Below the pieces are notes generated by a model, which saw nothing but the letters and a program-made list of their open reading frames with translations, was not told where the DNA came from and did not search any database. The position numbers and the translations under genes are program-made. From an uncultured Chloroflexia bacterium (GTDB lineage Bacteria; Chloroflexota; Limnocylindria; Limnocylindrales; CSP1-4), in NCBI GenBank assembly GCA_963734535.1, contig CAVTHS010000004.1, forward strand, positions 96,001 to 160,000: DNA of 64,000 nucleotides, written 5' to 3'. Below, piece by piece: positions 59,662 through 64,000 of this stretch (its first letter is position 1; each line of letters begins with the position of its first letter).

Positions 59662-60984
59662 GTGAACGCTTGGGATGTGGTGTTGGGCACGCTCGCCGAA
59701 GAGGCGCGATTGCGACTTCAGCGGCTCCGGAGTCTCCTCGAGGCTAAGGAGTACTTCGACGTGGGCGCGAGCGCGCGCTTCAGGGCCGTCCACCGTCGCG
59801 TGACCTGGCAGGCGAGCAGGGCCGCGATGTTGGTCATCGGATTCGGGGCGCCGCTTCACGTCGTTGTTCTCACGATCCTCCATCCGTCCGCATTCGTCCC
59901 GATCGCGATGGTCGACACTGTGCTCGCTGCGGCGGCAGCGCTCGGTTGGTGGTGCCTTGGTGGTGTACTGCGACACTGGCCCGAGCCCGTCGCTTTCGTC
60001 ATGAGCCTGGCAGTCGGGGCAGCGGCGATGCTCCTGGCGGTCTCTGGTCCTCACCTCGTCGCACTGGCGGTCGGATACCTGCTCTTCATCCCGCCGGTCG
60101 TAGCGCTCGTCGTCCCATGGCGCAGCCAGGCGGAGGTTCGCTGGCTGGCCGTCTACGGGGCTGCCGTCATGGTCTTCCTCGCGACCGTCGCCCCGGATGG
60201 CTGGCCTGCCGCCGCCGAGCGACGCGACCTGGTCGTCGCGCTGCTGGTGTCGCTGGCGGCGGCCTTCACCGGCCACGCGCTGGTGTTCCGGCGCCAGGTG
60301 CGCAGCTTCGCGCAGGTCCAGGCCCTCGGAAGGCTTCAGCGCCGTGAAACGCGCCAGTGGGCCGAGCTCCAGCGGGTCCACAGCTCGCTGGAGGTTATCG
60401 CTCGCACCGACGATCTGACGGGCACCGGCAACCGCAAGAAGCTCGACGAGGATCTCAGAATCGCCCGCGGTCGTCTTGCCCGCACAGGTGGCCGCTTCGG
60501 GCTCCTGGAGATCGACCTTGATCACTTCAAGGCGATCAACGACACCTTCGGTCATGTTGCCGGTGACGAGATCCTTCGGCGGGTCTCCAGCGCCCTGCGC
60601 GACGCCGTTCGCAGCGACGATGCCGTGTATCGCTTCGGTGGGGAGGAGTTTCTCGTTCTCCTTGGCAACGTGTCGGGCGGTGTTCTCAGCGCAGGTGAAC
60701 GGGTCCGCGAGGCCGTCGAGGACCTGGGCCTGCTCCATCCTGCGAACGCGCCGTTCGAGCACGTGACGGTCAGTGTCGGCGCGTCCTTGATCAGTCGGGC
60801 CGACCTCGCTGCGAGCAATGACGAGTGGTTCAGTCGCGTCGACGTCGCGCTGTACCAGGCGAAAGCCGATGGGCGCAACCGTGTCGCCGTCGCGCAGCCA
60901 ACCGCGGCGATCGTCGAGGTCCGCACGCTCCGGGCGAATGCGGCGCCTGTCCCCAGGGTCCCGTCCCTCCAGTACCTCCCGTAG
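59662..60984 (+). CDS. Membrane-bound diguanylate cyclase (GGDEF); start uncertain
   Basis: About six TM segments, 'DDLTG..NR', 'DLDHFK.INDTFGH..GD', 'RFGGEEF', 'ALYQAK..GRN'. Confidence 0.9.
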   Translation: MNAWDVVLGTLAEEARLRLQRLRSLLEAKEYFDVGASARFRAVHRRVTWQASRAAMLVIGFGAPLHVVVLTILHPSAFVPIAMVDTVLAAAAALGWWCLGGVLRHWPEPVAFVMSLAVGAAAMLLAVSGPHLVALAVGYLLFIPPVVALVVPWRSQAEVRWLAVYGAAVMVFLATVAPDGWPAAAERRDLVVALLVSLAAAFTGHALVFRRQVRSFAQVQALGRLQRRETRQWAELQRVHSSLEVIARTDDLTGTGNRKKLDEDLRIARGRLARTGGRFGLLEIDLDHFKAINDTFGHVAGDEILRRVSSALRDAVRSDDAVYRFGGEEFLVLLGNVSGGVLSAGERVREAVEDLGLLHPANAPFEHVTVSVGASLISRADLAASNDEWFSRVDVALYQAKADGRNRVAVAQPTAAIVEVRTLRANAAPVPRVPSLQYLP

Positions 60985-61020
60985 CGACGCCACCGTGGAT
61001 TCGCTGAGAGAGCAGGCGAC

Positions 61021-61431
61021 TTGACGGGCGAGCCTGTCCATGTCGCGCGCGACGCTCGGGTGGCCAACGAGCACCTGGCGCTCATGGAGGGCAGATGCCG
61101 CGGGCTCCTGGAGTCCGCTCCGGACGCGATGGTGGTCGTCAACCCGGCCGGCGAGATCGTCGAGCTCACGCCGGACCTCGTGAAGCTCGACATGGGTCTC
61201 ATCCGTGGGATCAACGCCGACCCTGCACGCCAGGCGCTCGTCGCCGGGATGGGCTACTTCGCCACGAGGCGCAAGATCCGCCTGGTCGCCGAGGGGATCG
61301 AGACCCTCGCCGAGCTCGAGACGCTGCGCTCCCTCGCGATCCGCTACGGCCAGGGCTACCTCCTGGGCCGGCCGCAGGATGGTCGCGGGCGGGGACCGTG
61401 GCCGACGAGCATCGCCGTCCCCGCGTCGTAG
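61021..61431 (+). pseudogene. PAS N-terminal fragment fused in frame to an EAL C-terminal half (internal deletion)
   Basis: 'LLESAPDAMVVVN..GEIV' directly followed by 'ELTPDLVKLD..VAEGIET..QGYLLGRP'. Confidence 0.7.
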
Positions 61432-61844
61432 CTGCCACGGGCAGCATCGCTTGCGGGTCCTGCGTGCGGCTGCTCGACCCCGGACAGGACGGGTTGATCG
61501 TGTCGGGCTTTCGGCCCAGGTCCGGTTGAGAACGCCGAAGGTCAGCCGGGCACCATCGCACCGTCGAACCGATCCGCGTCGACGCCGACACGGATGAGGT
61601 GAAGCGGCAGGGCACTCATGACAGGCACTCCCCCCCCTGATCTCGCACGGGACGACGTGGATCTGATCGGGCACGGGTAGACGAACCTCGACCGAACAGC
61701 CCGGGCCGCGCCAGCCGTGCGATGCGAGTCCCCCGGGTCGATCCCGATGACCGTAGTGGACCACGGCGGGTCCCGGATGCGGTAGCCCCTACGTTCGAAT
61801 CTCGCGTGATGATCGACCGAGCCTCCGCGTCCCGGCCTGACCCC

Positions 61845-61871
61845 GATGAGGTCATTCGGTCGGACCTCATC
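61845..61871. promoter_or_regulatory. Inverted repeat, candidate regulator binding site
   Basis: GATGAGGTC-N9-GACCTCATC about 120 bp upstream of a lipoprotein gene. Confidence 0.45.
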
Positions 61872-61989
61872 CTGGATACGAAGACTGATAGAGTCACGCC
61901 GCAGTTCTCCTCGACGAACAGGTCGTCCGGGATGACAACGGCGGGAGGGTCGAATCCGTGTCCATCACCGGGCGCACGTGGCGCGCGTA

Positions 61990-62409
61990 ATGCACTTCAG
62001 GGTGGCGGCCGTGACGCTCGTGGCGGTCGGCTCGATGGCGATCGCGGGCTGCGGCGGGGGCAACAGCAGCACCCAGTCCCCATCGTCGAGCGCGGCGTCG
62101 CCGGCTCCGGTCGCGGCGTCAGCGACAGCGGGGACGGGCTCGGGCTCCTGTGGTGAAGCCACGGCTGCCCTCGTCAAGCAGCACCTGGCCAGACCGGACG
62201 TCGTCTCGGTCACGACCGAGGGCGGGTGCCACGATGCCACCATCGTCACGTCGCTGGGGCCGGGAGATTCGGCGACGGGTCTCGCGATCTGCGACAGCGC
62301 CGCCGACGTGGCCTACACGGGTGACATCAGCTCGATCACGGTCCTCGCTGCGAACAACAAGGAGCTGGCGATCGGCATCAAGGGCCAGCCCTGCATTGGT
62401 GAGCCGTAG
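61990..62409 (+). CDS. Hypothetical lipoprotein
   Basis: Lipobox 'IAGC', Ser/Ala linker, four Cys in the mature domain. Confidence 0.65.
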   Translation: MHFRVAAVTLVAVGSMAIAGCGGGNSSTQSPSSSAASPAPVAASATAGTGSGSCGEATAALVKQHLARPDVVSVTTEGGCHDATIVTSLGPGDSATGLAICDSAADVAYTGDISSITVLAANNKELAIGIKGQPCIGEP

Positions 62410-62579
62410 CAGCCTGCCGCCTCGCGGACCCGAGCCCGCCGTGGTTCGGGCCCGAGAGCCGGGAACCGCGCCCACCGGGCCAGGGCAATATCCATGGAGA
62501 TCGAGGCGCGAGCGACACGGCGATGCCGGTCCGGGCAGAGCCGGACCGGCATCGGTCGGGAGGGGGAGGAGGAGGAGGG

Positions 62580-63470
62580 TCAGCGTGTGCGGGACCGAGC
62601 TCCAGCGAGGCGGAGCGCGCCGAGCGACACGACCCCGAGGAGGGCGACGAAGCCGAGCACCAGCGTAAGCGAGGTGCCGGACGGTGACGTCGTCGCGCCC
62701 GCCGTGGCGGTCGGCGGTGGCGTCACGGTCGGGGCTGTCGAGGCCACCGGGGTTTCCGAAGGCATCGGCGCGGTCGGGGTCGCGGTCGCGTCGACGGCGA
62801 CGATCGCCTTGAGGCCGTTCCCCCCGACTGCCGGGCTCGCCGCCGAACCGACGACGAAGACGCTGTAGCTGTTGCAGTCGGCGACGTTCAGCGTGCCGAG
62901 CGCGAGCGCGACCGTCGTCGTCGCGGCAAGGCGGACGTCGAGGTCATAGGCGCCCGCCTTGACCGCCATGTAGCCGGTGTTCTTCGGATAGACGAGGCCC
63001 TTCACGATGGCAGCATCGGCGGCCGAGCCGTTGGGTGCCACGTCGACGGCCGGCGCATCGGCGCTGAGGTGGATTGCCCGGATCTGGGCAGTGGAGCAGG
63101 AGGCCGCCGGGTCATCGACGATGACCTGGGCCTCGATCTTGGCCACCGCGTTGGTGGCGGCGACGGTATACGCCTTGCCGGCGTCGAGGGTGAGGTTCGC
63201 GTCGATGACGGCGCCGGTGGTGGTGCCGGTCGCGAAGACCTGCACGTGGTGGGCGCCAGCCGGAATGGTGAGGTAGTCGGAGATCACACCGAAGGGGACG
63301 GAGGTAAGGACCTTCGAGTCGTCGACGACGACGTCGACGGCCGGGGCGTCGGGCGAGCCGTGGAGGACGCGGACCTTGGCCGTGTCCGCAGCTGCGGCAC
63401 TGCCGACGGCCCCGAGGAAGAGCGCGCCTGCAACGGCAAACGCCGCGAGGGATCCGATGCGACGGTTCAT
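62580..63470 (-). CDS. DUF4397 domain secreted/surface protein
   Basis: Signal peptide; two 'R..H.S.DAPAVDV' repeats; Pro/Thr stalk, TM segment and basic tail. Confidence 0.88.
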   Translation of the reverse strand: MNRRIGSLAAFAVAGALFLGAVGSAAAADTAKVRVLHGSPDAPAVDVVVDDSKVLTSVPFGVISDYLTIPAGAHHVQVFATGTTTGAVIDANLTLDAGKAYTVAATNAVAKIEAQVIVDDPAASCSTAQIRAIHLSADAPAVDVAPNGSAADAAIVKGLVYPKNTGYMAVKAGAYDLDVRLAATTTVALALGTLNVADCNSYSVFVVGSAASPAVGGNGLKAIVAVDATATPTAPMPSETPVASTAPTVTPPPTATAGATTSPSGTSLTLVLGFVALLGVVSLGALRLAGARSRTR

Positions 63471-63537
63471 GGGCGAATGCTTCCTTTCGTCGATCGCGCT
63501 GGTCGAGTGCCCAGCATCGGTTGGCTGACAACCCCTC

Positions 63538-63565
63538 TTCGGGCGTAACCAGCGCGGCGGATTGG
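63538..63565 (-). promoter_or_regulatory. ECF sigma (SigK-like) promoter candidate for the DUF4397 gene
   Basis: CCAATCC-N16-CCGAA on the minus strand. Confidence 0.4.
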
Positions 63566-64000
63566 TGTCGAGGTGGCGCTGGCGGGTGGCGCGTTCGGCT
63601 CAACCCTCGTCTTCAACGTGCCCCTGCCGCGTGGCGCTGCGGCCCGGCGACTCCTCCTTCAGCATCGGGGGGCACCAGCAGGTGCTCTTCACCCGCAACC
63701 TGACGAGCTACTGGGAGACCGACTTCAATACGATCCTCGGGCTCACCAGGGCCGGTGGCGGCCGGCTGGTACGGGCTCAGCTCGACAGCCTTGGCGACGG
63801 CATGACAAGCGCGGGCGCGCTGGACGAGACGTTGGCCCGCAGGTGGGAGCAGGTCTTCGACCGCGCCAGCCTGGATGGCCTGTACGTCCTGGGCAGGCTG
63901 TCACGCTCTCCGTGCCGGGACTGCTCGTCGACGCCGGCACTGGCGCTTCCATGACACGGCCACGGCACGAAGATCACGAGCTGGTCGGTCGTGACCAGGC

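Noticed and set aside
61793-61801. GTTCGAATC as a tRNA fragment or attR
   Set aside because: No T-stem pairing and no match to the tRNA-Thr 3' end
63562-63954. 130-aa ORF, possibly a glycoside hydrolase-like fragment
   Set aside because: No clear start or diagnostic motif, and it lies at the window edge; cannot be supported

Overview
Very GC-rich bacterial chromosomal DNA. Gene content (F420-type LLM enzyme, Ycf45/R3H ATPase, USP-GpgS fusion, DUF4397 protein) suggests Chloroflexota, possibly Limnocylindria; this is an inference. Positions 1-37 kb look like core genome: pdxST, UDG, VKOR, HNH, CCA enzyme, galE, a glucosylglycerate-type glycosyltransferase/GpgS/glycerate kinase operon, nth, a two-component system (TCS), ABC exporter, class V aminotransferase, acid phosphatase, LacI regulator, then tRNA-Thr(CGT). 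Positions 37-64 kb look accessory: an envelope redox module (Mo-oxidoreductase, DM13 lipoprotein, DipZ), MarR-CLC-ABC, a second TCS, NhaA and ArsB/NhaD-type transporters, an IclR-aldolase-kinase-FIST-ALDH catabolic operon, a GGDEF protein and several deletion scars. Most notable: (1) an intact DNA-ligase adenylation-domain gene with all catalytic motifs replaced, just upstream of the glucosylglycerate operon; (2) a GTCAT-N6-GTCAT box repeated at four promoters, predicting an OmpR-family regulon for the redox module; (3) a LacI operator pair controlling a Cys-rich microprotein; (4) a His/Cys repeat microprotein; (5) an XRE-HTH/PD-(D/E)xK nuclease relic and long imperfect intergenic inverted repeats; (6) pervasive leaderless -10 motifs. 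About seven single-base frameshifts are probably sequencing or assembly errors. No CRISPR array, rRNA, integrase or transposase was seen. All calls come from reading the sequence by eye, with no database searches.
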